A stretch of 19,427 nt of DNA from a bacterium (GTDB taxonomy: Bacteria; SZUA-182; DTGQ01), in assembly GCA_040752695.1 (NCBI GenBank), contig JBFMGO010000113.1, forward strand, positions 1-19,427, in the 5' to 3' direction. The first letter of the stretch is position 1; each line of letters begins with the position of its first letter. Position numbers and translations under genes: made by a program. Positions 1 to 10,448 of this stretch are shown here, piece after piece. The notes beneath the pieces were generated by a model. That model saw only the letters and a list, made by a program, of their open reading frames with translations, searched no databases and had not been told where the DNA came from.

Positions 1-1870
1 TGAATATGCCTTTAAAATCACCGCGCTGCATGGGTAAAAGCTGATCCAGAGCTTTCTGGCGTGCCTCTTTTGAATCGGCCAGAATCATCTCCTGGACAAT
101 GGGCAGCCGTTCTTCGCCAAAGAACATATGCTCGGTCCGGGTCAATCCGATTCCTTGAGCTCCAAAATCTCTGGCAACTTTGGCGTCCTCAGGGGTATCG
201 GCGTTGGTTCTCACTTTCAGCGTCCTGATCTCATCGGCCCAGGACATCAGCTTGCCGAAGTCTCCGCTTAATTCCGGCTTAATGAGCTTGGCCTCGCCGA
301 GAATAACCTCTCCGGTCGATCCGTTCAGAGAGATGAAATCACCTTCCTTGATCCTCAATTCACCCTGGGCTCCCTGAACAGTCAGGTAGCCGGCCTCTTC
401 ATGGATGGACAGGGCACCGCATCCGGCCACACAGCATTTGCCCATGCCGCGGGCTACGACTGCCGCATGCGAGGTCATGCCCCCGCGTGCCGTCAGGATC
501 CCTTGAGCGACATACATGCCGCCGATATCCTCAGGTGAGGTCTCATTTCTTACCAGGACTACTCTCTCACCGGCCCCCGCAGCTTCCTGCGCTTTTTCAG
601 CAGTAAAAACCACCTTTCCCACCGCTGCGCCGGGGGATGCCGGGAGCCCCTTGGCAATGACCTTTGGCTTGGTTTTTATATCGATCATCGGGTGCAGCAA
701 CTGATCAAGTTGTTTTGGCTCCACCCGCAAGACTGCTGTCTTTTTGTCGATCAGTCCTTCTTCCACCATGTCCACGGCAATTTTCACGGCTGCGGCTGCG
801 GTCCTTTTGCCATTGCGGGTTTGCAAAAGGAACAGCCTTCCCTGTTGAATAGTGAACTCAAGGTCCTGCATATCTTTGTAATGATTTTCGAGTTTTTTAT
901 AGATACCTTCCAGTTCCCGATAGACTCCAGGCATCTCTTCTTCCAGTGAAGGGAGGGCGGACCCTTTCTTTTGGGCGATATTGATCGGCTGCGGAGTACG
1001 AATCCCGGCCACCACATCCTCTCCCTGGGCATTCATGAGGTATTCGCCGAAGAACACCCGCTCACCCGTTCCCGGATCGCGGGTGAAGGCCACACCGGTT
1101 CCGCAATCTGTCCCCATATTGCCATAGACCATGGACTGCACATTGACCGCTGTCCCCCAATCTCCCGGGATACCATGCAGTCTGCGGTAGGTGATGGCCC
1201 GTTCATTGTTCCATGAGCCGAATACGGCACCAATGGCCATATCCAGTTGGGCCCTTGGATCTTCGGGGAAATCCCTGCCCGTTTCCTGCCTTACCAGTTT
1301 CTTGTATTGAGCTGTAACACTTTTCAATGCATTTGCATCCAAATCCGTATCCAGCTTAACGCCAAGTTCGTCTTTTTTGGCCTGGAGGATCTTTTCAAAT
1401 TTCTCGTGAGACACCCCCATGACAACATTACCGAACATATTGATGAAGCGGCGGTAGCTATCATAGGCAAACCGCTCGTTTCCGGTCTGTCTGATTAATC
1501 CCTGAACAGTCGTGTCATTGAGACCGAGGTTCAACACCGTGTCCATCATACCGGGCATGGATACACGGGCTCCACTGCGGACGGAAACCAGCAAAGGCCG
1601 CTCACGGTCCCCGAACTTCATGCCCATGACTTCTTCCATCCTGTGCAGATTCTCATCGACCTGAGGCCACAGCCCTTCCGGATATTGTTTATTATTCTCG
1701 TAATACTCTGTACACACTTCGGTGGTAATCGTAAAGCCGGCAGGAACCGGGATTCCAAGATTCGTCATCTCAGCCAGGTTTGCACCTTTCCCCCCCAAGA
1801 GATTTTTCATCTTAGCATTGCCTTCCGCGTTTCCCTGTCCAAAGAAATATACGTACTTATTGCTTCCCAT
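1..1870 (-). CDS. ppdK: Pyruvate, phosphate dikinase (3' end lies beyond the left edge of the window)
   Basis: Not in the ORF track because it has no stop in the window. Manual translation from ATG 1870 gives [53 protein letters not shown]. The in-frame phospho-His motif [20 protein letters not shown] lies at ~428-487. SD GAAAGGGGGT at 1885-1876. Confidence 0.97.
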   Translation of the reverse strand, partial: MGSNKYVYFFGQGNAEGNAKMKNLLGGKGANLAEMTNLGIPVPAGFTITTEVCTEYYENNKQYPEGLWPQVDENLHRMEEVMGMKFGDRERPLLVSVRSGARVSMPGMMDTVLNLGLNDTTVQGLIRQTGNERFAYDSYRRFINMFGNVVMGVSHEKFEKILQAKKDELGVKLDTDLDANALKSVTAQYKKLVRQETGRDFPEDPRAQLDMAIGAVFGSWNNERAITYRRLHGIPGDWGTAVNVQSMVYGNMGTDCGTGVAFTRDPGTGERVFFGEYLMNAQGEDVVAGIRTPQPINIAQKKGSALPSLEEEMPGVYRELEGIYKKLENHYKDMQDLEFTIQQGRLFLLQTRNGKRTAAAAVKIAVDMVEEGLIDKKTAVLRVEPKQLDQLLHPMIDIKTKPKVIAKGLPASPGAAVGKVVFTAEKAQEAAGAGERVVLVRNETSPEDIGGMYVAQGILTARGGMTSHAAVVARGMGKCCVAGCGALSIHEEAGYLTVQGAQGELRIKEGDFISLNGSTGEVILGEAKLIKPELSGDFGKLMSWADEIRTLKVRTNADTPEDAKVARDFGAQGIGLTRTEHMFFGEERLPIVQEMILADSKEARQKALDQLLPMQRGDFKGIF

Positions 1871-1873
1871 GAA

Positions 1874-4081
1874 TTACCCCCTTTCGGCTACTATCTTTGA
1901 GAAATCAACCACCTGGGAACATGCAGTCTTAACAGCCTTCAACAATGAAAGCCTGTTCTGCTTCAGTCTTTCATCCTTGGCCATTACTAAAATCTCTTCA
2001 AAGAAAGTATCAATAGAACACTTTAGCCCTGCCAGATTGTGTAATACCTGCCTGTAATCTTCTTGTTGCAATCCAATAGATACCTGCTCCTGTACGTGCT
2101 GCAATGTGCTGTAGAGCCCTTTTTCTGCATCTTCTTGCAGGAGAAAAGGATCCACTGCTTCAAGGGATCCCTGCGCCACAGGGGCTCCCTGTGCTCCAAG
2201 GGCTGCTCCCTCTGCACCCGCTTGTCCTTTGGGGATGATGTTTATTACCCGTTTCATCGAGGCCATCAGCGACCCGAAATCAGTCTCCTTGAGGAAACTT
2301 CCGGTCGCTTCGATTTTCATTTGCAGCCTTACGACATCATCATCTCCAGTGGCAAGCGCAGCCTCGATTACATCGTAATCAAACCCCTGCGTACTGAAAG
2401 CTGATTGAATCCGCTGCTGGAAGAAAGAAACTACCTCATGGTACACCTCCTCCGGTTGCCTGGTCAGTTTATCTCCCAATACATGTATGCCCTTTCGTAT
2501 CAGTTCGGTTAACGAAACTCTATATCTCCCTTTTAAAAGAATATTGACAATACCCTGCCCCTGTCTTCGCAAGGCATAGGGGTCTTCCGATCCTGAGGGT
2601 ATCAATCCGAGGCCGAAACAACCCACGATATTATCAATCTTGTCGGCAATAGCAACAAGAGCTCCTGCCAGGGTCTTGGGCAAATCATCATCCTGGCCCT
2701 TGGGCAGATAATGTTCATAGATGGCTATGGCCACCTCCGGCTTTTCTCCTGAAAACAAGGCATATTCTCTCCCCATGATGCCCTGCAGTTCGGGAAACTC
2801 CTTCACCATATTGGTGACAAGGTCTGCCTTGCACAGGAATGCCGCCCGGTCGGCAATCTCAAAAGTCTGGTTCTTCATCCCTGAATAGATTTTTTCCGCA
2901 CAGATCGTTTCAGCCAAAAAGGCTACTCCCTTTTGAATCCTTTCGACCTTCTCATAGAGACTTCCCAGTTTTTCCTGAAACACTACCTTCTTCAAAGATT
3001 CTACGAAGGTCTCAAAAGGATTCTTTCGGTCCTCAAGGTAGAAAAATTCGGCATCAGCCAGCCGGGCTCTCAACACTCTTTCATTGCCAGCCCGAATCAG
3101 GCGGTAATCATCGATCTTAAGGTTACTAATGGCAATGAATTTAGCCATCAGTTTTTGATTCCGGTCATAGACAGGGAAATATTTCTGATGAGAGCGCATC
3201 GAAGTGACCAGTACTTCTTTCGGCAACTGCAAAAACCGGCTGTCAAAGGAGCCACAAATGGCTTTGGGATATTCGACCAGGTAGGTGACAAGATCCAGTA
3301 ATTCAGGATCATTAGGGACGTGGCCTCCTTCTTGCCCGGCCAGAGCGGTAATCTGCTCTTGAATCATCTGCCTTCTTCTTTGCGGAGAGATGACGACCTG
3401 GGAATTTTCAGTTTTTTCAAGGTAGGAGGAAAATCCGGAAACTGCAAAGGAATGTGGGCTGGTAAACCGGTGTCCGCAGGAGAGATTGCCGCTTTTTACC
3501 GCATCCAGTGAGAAGGGAACAACCTCGCCTCCATAAAGAGCTAAAATCCAATGGATGGGGCGAACAAAAAGCATACTCCCCTCTCCCCAGCGCATCAGCT
3601 TGGGGAAAGAAAGAGAGGTAATCAATTTTAAAAGGATATCACCCAGAAGCTCATCGGTCGCCCGGCCATGGTGATGCTTGACTGCCAGCAGATATTCGCC
3701 CTTGCCTTCGATGGTTTTAACCTTGAGGTCTTCGAGAGGGATGCCCTGGTTTTTGGCAAATCCGATAGCGGCTTTGGTAGGCTGCCCCTGACTGTCATAA
3801 GCGATTCGTTTGGGAGGCCCGGCAATTTCCTCGGTAAAACTTTCCTGCATGTTTGCCAACTCCGGCACATGCAAAATCAACCGGCGGGGTGTTCCATAGG
3901 TGGCAATCCCTTTGGCGCCGATTCGATTTTTGTCCAGAATCTCCCTGGCTCCCGCAGCCAGCCGCTCCAATGCTCCAGCTATGAATCGAGCTGGAATCTC
4001 TTCAACTCCGATCTCTAAAAGCAACTCCTTCGAACGATAACCTGCGTTATCAGACATTTGATCCTGGGCTCGTGTTTGCAT
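1874..4081 (-). CDS. glyS: Glycine--tRNA ligase beta subunit
   Basis: LLLEIGVEEIPARF, TPRRL, MRWG..FVRPIHWI, GNERVLRARLADAEFF, KADLVTNMVKEFPELQGIMGREYA, SGSEDPYALRR, C-terminal NRLSLL. Directly downstream of glyQ. The exact start is uncertain (there is an alternative Met at MSDNAG). Confidence 0.97.
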   Translation of the reverse strand: MQTRAQDQMSDNAGYRSKELLLEIGVEEIPARFIAGALERLAAGAREILDKNRIGAKGIATYGTPRRLILHVPELANMQESFTEEIAGPPKRIAYDSQGQPTKAAIGFAKNQGIPLEDLKVKTIEGKGEYLLAVKHHHGRATDELLGDILLKLITSLSFPKLMRWGEGSMLFVRPIHWILALYGGEVVPFSLDAVKSGNLSCGHRFTSPHSFAVSGFSSYLEKTENSQVVISPQRRRQMIQEQITALAGQEGGHVPNDPELLDLVTYLVEYPKAICGSFDSRFLQLPKEVLVTSMRSHQKYFPVYDRNQKLMAKFIAISNLKIDDYRLIRAGNERVLRARLADAEFFYLEDRKNPFETFVESLKKVVFQEKLGSLYEKVERIQKGVAFLAETICAEKIYSGMKNQTFEIADRAAFLCKADLVTNMVKEFPELQGIMGREYALFSGEKPEVAIAIYEHYLPKGQDDDLPKTLAGALVAIADKIDNIVGCFGLGLIPSGSEDPYALRRQGQGIVNILLKGRYRVSLTELIRKGIHVLGDKLTRQPEEVYHEVVSFFQQRIQSAFSTQGFDYDVIEAALATGDDDVVRLQMKIEATGSFLKETDFGSLMASMKRVINIIPKGQAGAEGAALGAQGAPVAQGSLEAVDPFLLQEDAEKGLYSTLQHVQEQVSIGLQQEDYRQVLHNLAGLKCSIDTFFEEILVMAKDERLKQNRLSLLKAVKTACSQVVDFSKIVAERG

Positions 4082-4110
4082 TTTTAGTCAGCTTTTTCTC
4101 TTCCTTCTAC

Positions 4111-4998
4111 TCATGGCTTTAAAAGAGGAAATCCCTTTTTCTCCCGCTCCTTGAGGTAGTTCTCGGCGCATCGCCGGGCCAGATTTCTGATTCTGCCGAT
4201 ATAGCCCGTCCTTTCAGTCACGCTGATTGCACCCCTGGCATCGAGAAGATTAAAGGTGTGAGAGCATTTGAGGCAATAATCATAGGCGGGAAGAACCAGC
4301 CCCCTTTCGGTAAGCCGAAGAGCCTCCTGCTCGTACATAAAAAATGCATCGAAAAGCATTTTCATATCAGCTTCTTCAAAATTGTAGATAGAAAACTCCA
4401 CTTCGCTTTGAAGATGAATATCTCCATAGCGAATTCCATGGGCCCACTCTACATCGTAAACATTGTCCACTCCCTGCAGGTACATGGCAATTCGCTCAAG
4501 GCCGTAGGTGATCTCCACGGAAATGGGTTTCAGATCGATGCTCCCGATCTGCTGAAAGTAGGTAAACTGGGTGATTTCCATGCCATCAAGCCAAACCTCC
4601 CAGCCCAGTCCCCAGGCACCCAAGGTAGGGGATTCCCAGTCGTCTTCCACAAAGCGAATATCGTGCTCCAAAAGATTGATCCCCAGACTCGCCAGGCTCT
4701 TCAGGTATTTTTCCTGCACATCCAGGGGAGAGGGTTTCAAGATGACCTGATATTGATAGTAATGCTGCAACCGGTTGGGATTTTCCCCATACCGCCCGTC
4801 GGTAGGTCTGCGTGAGGGCTCTACGTAAGCCACCTTCCACGGCTCGGGGCCCAGAACACGCAGGAAAGTTGCCGGATTGAAGGTACCGGCGCCTACTTCG
4901 ATATCGTAGGGCTGCTGCAGCACACAGCCTTGTGAGGCCCAATAGTTAGATAAAAAAAGGATAATATCTTGGAAATTCAGGTTTTTACTCTTATCCAT
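4111..4998 (-). CDS. glyQ: Glycine--tRNA ligase alpha subunit
   Basis: [88 protein letters not shown]. Start set at ATG 4998 (ATG 5004 also possible) rather than the track's TTG 5028, which falls between the predicted -10 element and the likely transcription start. Confidence 0.97.
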   Translation of the reverse strand: MDKSKNLNFQDIILFLSNYWASQGCVLQQPYDIEVGAGTFNPATFLRVLGPEPWKVAYVEPSRRPTDGRYGENPNRLQHYYQYQVILKPSPLDVQEKYLKSLASLGINLLEHDIRFVEDDWESPTLGAWGLGWEVWLDGMEITQFTYFQQIGSIDLKPISVEITYGLERIAMYLQGVDNVYDVEWAHGIRYGDIHLQSEVEFSIYNFEEADMKMLFDAFFMYEQEALRLTERGLVLPAYDYCLKCSHTFNLLDARGAISVTERTGYIGRIRNLARRCAENYLKEREKKGFPLLKP

Positions 4999-5029
4999 GC
5001 ACATTTTCCCATAAATCTTGCAAATCAAT

Positions 5030-5058
5030 TATTTAACAGAAATCCATCCTGATGTCAA
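5030..5058 (-). promoter_or_regulatory. Candidate sigma70 promoter for glyQ-glyS-ppdK
   Basis: Minus strand reads TTGACA (5058-5053), a 17 nt spacer, then TAAATA (5035-5030). The -35 is perfect and the -10 imperfect; it sits ~30 nt upstream of the glyQ ATG. Confidence 0.45.
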
Positions 5059-5181
5059 GGAAATTTTGGAAAGTACGTATGATTTTCCATAAAGGCTCTC
5101 GCCTTTGCTTCATTTCATGGCCGATTCCAGTACAAGTTACCACCTCCTGATCATTTGATAACTCATGGATTTTATTGTAAC

Positions 5182-6321
5182 TTATATCCTTAAGGCGTCC
5201 TTTCTTAAAGCCTTTTTCCACGATCTTAGCTGCAACGCATAGTAAACCATAGCTAAGAAGATAAAAAGTTTGCAATGAAAGTATAGCTTGCTCATCGAGC
5301 ATAGAGCTATTATTAAAATTGATGAGGAATTACCATACTCCCTTAAAAGGTTTATAACTGATCGATTATCTATAACATCCCAGATCTTGAGGGCAATTTT
5401 TATAAGTAAGAGCAATAGTACATTACAAAGAAATGAACCTGATAGATAAAAAAAAGTATAATTGCTGAGAATAGTCGATGAAGTAAAAATTTTCAATAGA
5501 TTTTTACCTAAATTTACTGGTAGGTAGTGCAGTACTGTCGCCAGGAGTAAATTCCTTGATATAAAGTTTACAACCTTTGAGATGACCGGAATATTACTGA
5601 ATAAGTTACTAAAATCATTGACCAATTTAAGAATAAAAAGATTTACACCACAAAATAGTAAAAAATAGGGCGTAGATAACGGCCCTTTTACAATTTCAAA
5701 GTTAGACCATTCTATTCTTTTTGATAAATAAGAAAAAGCCAAAGATATCATAATTAAACATATGGGAACGAGATAGCCATTTTTATGGATAAAGCCATTT
5801 CGATCACGACGTGAATATAATAATCCTGAAATCACAAATATTCCCCACGGAAGGAGAGGGAACGGCCCGAGTACCAGCGAACTGGAAATGTTTGATACTA
5901 CTTCATTTGGTATAATCAACATTAGAACTAAAAGCACTAACAACGTATAAAGGTAAAGGTCTCTTGTCGCTTTTATTTCTTTTTCAATCGCTGTGAGGAT
6001 GATTTGCCAAAATAAGAGGAAAAAGAAAAATTCTGTTACAAAAAATGTAGAGGAATACATAAAAACATTGTGTGCAATAGCCATATAGGCAAAAAGCACT
6101 AGTATTTTTAATCGATCATAGAAAGCTTTTGATAAGAACTTATCCATAGTCATACCAAAGGCAAAAAAGAAGAATGTTGGAGCTGATTCCCCTATAAAGC
6201 TAAGGTAAGAACCTGAACTGCCTGGAATTGACCTTGCAAAATGAATTGAGGTCATAAGAATCAAGGCTATCGCTCGTATATAGTCTAATCCTAATTCACG
6301 TTCAGTAGTAGTATTTGGCAT
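5182..6321 (-). CDS. Multi-pass membrane protein, DUF1624 / heparan-alpha-glucosaminide N-acetyltransferase-like (putative membrane acyltransferase)
   Basis: N-terminal LDYIRAIALILMTSIH, APTFFFFAFG and FPLLPW motifs resemble this family. Many hydrophobic helices. AT-rich sequence. Confidence 0.6.
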   Translation of the reverse strand: MPNTTTERELGLDYIRAIALILMTSIHFARSIPGSSGSYLSFIGESAPTFFFFAFGMTMDKFLSKAFYDRLKILVLFAYMAIAHNVFMYSSTFFVTEFFFFLLFWQIILTAIEKEIKATRDLYLYTLLVLLVLMLIIPNEVVSNISSSLVLGPFPLLPWGIFVISGLLYSRRDRNGFIHKNGYLVPICLIMISLAFSYLSKRIEWSNFEIVKGPLSTPYFLLFCGVNLFILKLVNDFSNLFSNIPVISKVVNFISRNLLLATVLHYLPVNLGKNLLKIFTSSTILSNYTFFYLSGSFLCNVLLLLLIKIALKIWDVIDNRSVINLLREYGNSSSILIIALCSMSKLYFHCKLFIFLAMVYYALQLRSWKKALRKDALRI

Positions 6322-6452
6322 CTTTGTTCTCCAATGGAAATGAGCAGATAATAAGTATCATCGACCTTGATGCAATGGTTAAAGTAGGCGCTTATCAAAG
6401 GCTAAATACTCACTGCGTTAAATACGCAGCCAGATAGTACTCCTCTGAATAT

Positions 6453-6477
6453 GGTGGCCGGGTGAAACCCGGCCACC
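6453..6477. repeat. Perfect GC-rich palindromic hairpin
   Basis: GGTGGCCGGGT-GAA-ACCCGGCCACC: an 11 bp perfect stem with no flanking T-tract. Confidence 0.8.
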
Positions 6478-6738
6478 CCAGCAATCGCATTTTGAATCAA
6501 AGGAAATGGCGCTAGATGTTCAGATTGCAACTATCGTACCTAATACTGGAAGGGAGACGGCTATATATTTATCCAGCGTAAAGGTGCCAATTATAGTCTC
6601 TCACATTGAAAAAGGCGCTCCCTATTTCCCTCCTCTTGCAGGTTACGGAAAAACAGTGCAAAGATATGTGTTATTCTTTAACCTTATGGTAGAATAGGAA
6701 CGAAATTCTCTTTCTCCCCTTTAGGGAAACAATACGGT

Positions 6739-7968
6739 ATGGAATATAAGGCGATCAAAACGATTATCTTCATCTGGCTGGCTCTCATGTGCCTGATGGA
6801 TTATTTTGTCAGTGGCTGGCAGGGGCGCGTGTTATTATGGGGTATGTACGGATTGCTTGCTCTGGTCTGGGTCGTGCAGAACATCAGCCAAAAGCGGGGT
6901 TTTATACCGTTTAAAGAGAAAGGGATAATGGCTGTTCTTTATCTCTTTTTGTTCTGGGTATGCGTGTTTATCTTTTTTTCCCAGGACTCATTCCTTGGGG
7001 TAAGGAAAATGTTTCCTCTTTTAGCTGGTTTCTTATGTACCTATATCTTTTACGACTTTCTTTCACGCAGCAAAAAAAATAGAAAATTTTTTATGAACGT
7101 CGTTACCTTATTAACACTCTTCGTGTCTCTTTGGTCCACGATAGAGGCCCTTCAAAAAATCGCCCATGGAGAATCGTCTTTTAAAAATGTTTATGCAGGG
7201 TTCTGTAATCAGAACTTTTTGGGATACTTTTTATTCCTTTTCGCACCTCTCATGATTTCATACTATCTCGTCAATTCTCCTTTCAAAGGCAAGTATGCAT
7301 TCGGACGGGTAATGTTCATCATGACCATAGGCTATGCTCTTATCGTATCTTCTTCCCGCTCCGCATGGAACGGATTCATCATGGCTATGGTGTATATGCT
7401 TTCCTGGAAAAGCAAGGTGTTGGGAGCGGGTTTTTTACTTCTCTCCATCATTCTCAATTCAGTCATCTTCATCGTACAGGGTGGGGGTATGTATGAAAAT
7501 GCCTGGCAGGAGGTCTACAAGGACCGGGCTTCCGCCTGGGATATCTGCTGGAAGGTGTTCTCACAAAATCCACTCTCCGGCCTGGGCTGGGGAATCGTTC
7601 CCAAGGGGATTCCTCATGCCCATAACCTTTACCTGTCAAATGCCGTTCAAATGGGGATTTTTTCGGTCATCCTGGTACTGGCCTTTTATATCCTTTTTTT
7701 CTACAGATCAGCCCAGACTGCAAAAAGAATTACCGATCCCGAATCATTAGCACTGCTTCAGGGAAGTACATCCATTTATTTTGGCCATCTCTTTTACAAC
7801 CTTACGGATCTATGGGGAATCATGGTATCCACCAGTGCAACCAGCGTTTCCTTTTTTCCCTATATTCTCATTGCCCTGCCCCTTTCTATCATACATTTCT
7901 GTCATCAGCAGGAAGAAGCTGAATCTCAGGACAGAGAAGACCGCATCATCTCGACCGCGGCATCATAA
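6739..7968 (+). CDS. O-antigen ligase family (WaaL/Wzy_C-like) membrane protein
   Basis: About 12 hydrophobic segments. Motifs GFCNQNFLG, SSSRSAW, R..AW....F..NPLSGLGWG, and HAHNLYLSNAVQMGIF (conserved His). Confidence 0.85.
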   Translation: MEYKAIKTIIFIWLALMCLMDYFVSGWQGRVLLWGMYGLLALVWVVQNISQKRGFIPFKEKGIMAVLYLFLFWVCVFIFFSQDSFLGVRKMFPLLAGFLCTYIFYDFLSRSKKNRKFFMNVVTLLTLFVSLWSTIEALQKIAHGESSFKNVYAGFCNQNFLGYFLFLFAPLMISYYLVNSPFKGKYAFGRVMFIMTIGYALIVSSSRSAWNGFIMAMVYMLSWKSKVLGAGFLLLSIILNSVIFIVQGGGMYENAWQEVYKDRASAWDICWKVFSQNPLSGLGWGIVPKGIPHAHNLYLSNAVQMGIFSVILVLAFYILFFYRSAQTAKRITDPESLALLQGSTSIYFGHLFYNLTDLWGIMVSTSATSVSFFPYILIALPLSIIHFCHQQEEAESQDREDRIISTAAS

Positions 7969-9104
7969 ACTGCATCAACGCAAATGGAGCGGATACAGGA
8001 GAAATGACTGCACTGGTCCGTATTCTCATCCTTGCACGGCGTACAGGGCAGGGGATTTTGAACGATGCGGAACGTGCTTGCCCAGGGGCGAAACATCTCG
8101 GTTCTGGTCGGTCCCATGACGGCCAGGGTGGGTACGTCCAAAGCACAGGCCATGTGCATGGGCCCGCTGTCGTTTGATATGAACAGGTGACAGCGGCTGA
8201 TCAGGGCCGCCATCTGGGTCAGGGTTGTCTGCCCGGCGGCACAAAGAGGCTTATTCTTCATTGACCGGATTATTCCTTCAACATACTCTTTTTCCGGTTT
8301 TGATCCGAAAAACACTACCTGCACGTTCTGATTTTGAATCAGAGAATCGGCTAACTGTGCGAATTGCAGCGCCGGCCATTGTTTTCCCTTCCAGCTTGCA
8401 TTGGGATTGATGCCGATAAGCGGCCTTTTCCCATCGAAGCCCTGCTGAAGAAAGAAATGATGCGTATAAGAATTCATCGACGAGGGAGGATACAGGAAGG
8501 GGGGGGACTGCGTTAAAGACAGGCCAAGGCATCGGCCAAGGGCAAGGTACCTTTGAGTATCATGGATTACGGCTGGGCCGAGTTTCACAGGATGAGTAAG
8601 CAAAAAAGATTCCGCTCCGCCAAGGGATTCGCGGTAATCAAAATCGTGCGTATAGCCGACGCGGTACCTGGCTCCTGTTACCCGGGCCAGCCAGCTTCCG
8701 ATAAGTACCGGGTAGAGGACAAAAGCCACATCATAGCGCTTCTTGCGTAAATCCCGCACCGTAGAGAGCGTCCTTGCGATGCTGCAAGAATCCGCCGCTA
8801 TCGTCCGATCAACGTACGGCAGCAGCGTCTTGAACTCGTGCTGAAGGTTTCTTGCCAGCCAGACATCGATTTCCCCCTGCGGGCACACTGAGCGCAGCCC
8901 CTTGATGAGAGGGAGGGAAAGAAGCACATCGCCCAGGGCAAATAGCTGGATGACCAAAACCCTGTGGACCTGATCCAAAGGAATCAGCTCCGGGACATGC
9001 CGGAGCCTTGCCGCCGGAGAAAGCAGTGCACAGCCTTGCCCGCAAAGCCCCAGTACCGTGCTCAATGCCTTGACGCTTTTTTTGACCTGAGGAAGATTTC
9101 TCAT
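7926..9104 (-). CDS. Glycosyltransferase family 9 (LPS heptosyltransferase-like)
   Basis: VLVIQLFALGDVLLSLP, INPNASWKGKQWP, FISNDSGPMHMACAL, AVMGPT, C-terminal CTPC..C....C. Confidence 0.92.
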   Translation of the reverse strand: MRNLPQVKKSVKALSTVLGLCGQGCALLSPAARLRHVPELIPLDQVHRVLVIQLFALGDVLLSLPLIKGLRSVCPQGEIDVWLARNLQHEFKTLLPYVDRTIAADSCSIARTLSTVRDLRKKRYDVAFVLYPVLIGSWLARVTGARYRVGYTHDFDYRESLGGAESFLLTHPVKLGPAVIHDTQRYLALGRCLGLSLTQSPPFLYPPSSMNSYTHHFFLQQGFDGKRPLIGINPNASWKGKQWPALQFAQLADSLIQNQNVQVVFFGSKPEKEYVEGIIRSMKNKPLCAAGQTTLTQMAALISRCHLFISNDSGPMHMACALDVPTLAVMGPTRTEMFRPWASTFRIVQNPLPCTPCKDENTDQCSHFSCIRSICVDAVYDAAVEMMRSSLS

Positions 9105-10297
9105 GGCTGCAAAAGGAACCTTCGAATCTGGTTCATCATCTTTTCCTTTTCTCCTTCGAGAGTATGCGAGGCTGCGGTTTTGAATCCTCCTTCGGTGATC
9201 CGGTTTCGTAATGCTTCATCATCTGCCAGAGTACACACCGCCTGACCAAGAGCCCTTGAATCCGCCGGCGGTATCAGCATCCCATTGATCCTGTCCCGGA
9301 CAACGTATGGGATTCCTTCAACCGCAGTGGCGATGACCGGTATCCTAAAGGCCATAGCCTCCAGGATCGTCTGCGGCAAACCCTCTCCAGTCAGGGAGGG
9401 AAGAATGAATAGATCATGATTCCGGTAGTGATCGAACAACTCAAGGCCATGCCTGACATAGCCCAGAAACTGCACCTTCTCAAGGAGCCCTCTTTCCTGA
9501 ACATATTGCCGTAAAAACGGCTCCTCGTGCCCTTTGCCGATGATTGTCAGCGAAACCTTCCTGCCCTCCCTTCTGAAAAGATCATCCAGCGCCCGAATAA
9601 GATACGTAAGCCCCTTTTCAGGATCAAGACGCCCGATGCTCAACAGCCTGATGGGGCTGTCCGCCCGCCGCCGGGGCTTTTCGAAAGATCCGGCCAAAGC
9701 CAGATCCCGCTCTGAAACCAGGGAAATCACGACAGGAAAGACCAAAGGATGCTTTCTCCGATACTGGATGAACATCTCCTGCCCCACGGTAAAGATCAGC
9801 GTCTTGGCCGCAACTCTTTGCGAAAGCAGCTCGATCAGCCGTACCATAAAGACAGATACCGTGCGGTTGACACCCCGGCAGCGATGCCGGACCTGCTCTG
9901 TCAGGTTTTGACGGACCAGAAAAAAGAAAGGCTTCTGCTTCTGACGGCACAGGCAGGCGGCCAGGACTCCGAACGGGTGAGGTGCAGGCAGCCAGACCAG
10001 GTCCCACTGATCGAGGTTTTTCCTGAACATGCGCACCATGTGAGGCAAAATGATGGGAGCTTTTGCATAAAGGCTGTAAATACTGGGATAATAAGGAAAT
10101 GGGCACACCCGATGTTTATGGGGATCCAGAGGGTATTCCCTCCCCTTTTTAACCTCAGGATAAGCCACTCTTCCACAAAAAGTGATCCGGTCAAAATCCT
10201 GATCAAAAGCGGTTACAAATTTGCTGAAGGCATCATCTAAGAAATATCCCTGACTATCCTTCCAGATAACCCAATCGTGAAACATGCCCAGATTCAT
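9101..10297 (-). CDS. Glycosyltransferase family 4
   Basis: LLSIGRLDPEKGLTYLI, FILPSLTGEGLPQTILEAMAFRIPVIATAVEGIP (EX7E motif). ATGA overlap with the downstream GT9 gene. Confidence 0.93.
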   Translation of the reverse strand: MNLGMFHDWVIWKDSQGYFLDDAFSKFVTAFDQDFDRITFCGRVAYPEVKKGREYPLDPHKHRVCPFPYYPSIYSLYAKAPIILPHMVRMFRKNLDQWDLVWLPAPHPFGVLAACLCRQKQKPFFFLVRQNLTEQVRHRCRGVNRTVSVFMVRLIELLSQRVAAKTLIFTVGQEMFIQYRRKHPLVFPVVISLVSERDLALAGSFEKPRRRADSPIRLLSIGRLDPEKGLTYLIRALDDLFRREGRKVSLTIIGKGHEEPFLRQYVQERGLLEKVQFLGYVRHGLELFDHYRNHDLFILPSLTGEGLPQTILEAMAFRIPVIATAVEGIPYVVRDRINGMLIPPADSRALGQAVCTLADDEALRNRITEGGFKTAASHTLEGEKEKMMNQIRRFLLQP

Positions 10298-10362
10298 AAA
10301 AGTACCTCTCTCACCCTCCTAGCATACCAATTTCTTTCCAAAAAGCAACAGGTATGCTAAAA

Positions 10363-10378
10363 TGCAAATCTCATGCCA
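10363..10378 (-). promoter_or_regulatory. Sigma54 (-24/-12) promoter for the GT4-GT9 operon
   Basis: Minus strand TGGCATGAGATTTGCA = GG-N10-GC, matching TGGCAY-N5-TTGCW. Predicted start ~10352, 55 nt before the GT4 ATG. Confidence 0.7.
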
Positions 10379-10448
10379 TCTTTTGAACTCCCGGAAAGGG
10401 GGAAATTATTGCTTGCTCTTCCTCCAGGGAAAATGGTACATTTTTTTA

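Noticed and set aside
180..4018. Many plus-strand and short minus-strand ORFs over ppdK and glyS
   Set aside because: Shadow frames of well-supported genes, with no recognisable motifs.
4999..5028. Extended glyQ N-terminus from TTG 5028
   Set aside because: It falls between the candidate -10 element and the likely transcription start, and precedes the conserved NFQ start region. ATG 4998 or 5004 is more plausible.
5033..5302. 89-aa minus ORF or T-box-type leader upstream of glyQ
   Set aside because: It overlaps the DUF1624-like gene, and I found no T-box consensus or terminator/antiterminator.
6506..6697. 63-aa plus-strand ORF
   Set aside because: It has a weak AAAGGA RBS but no recognisable features. 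Cannot be supported, though not excluded.
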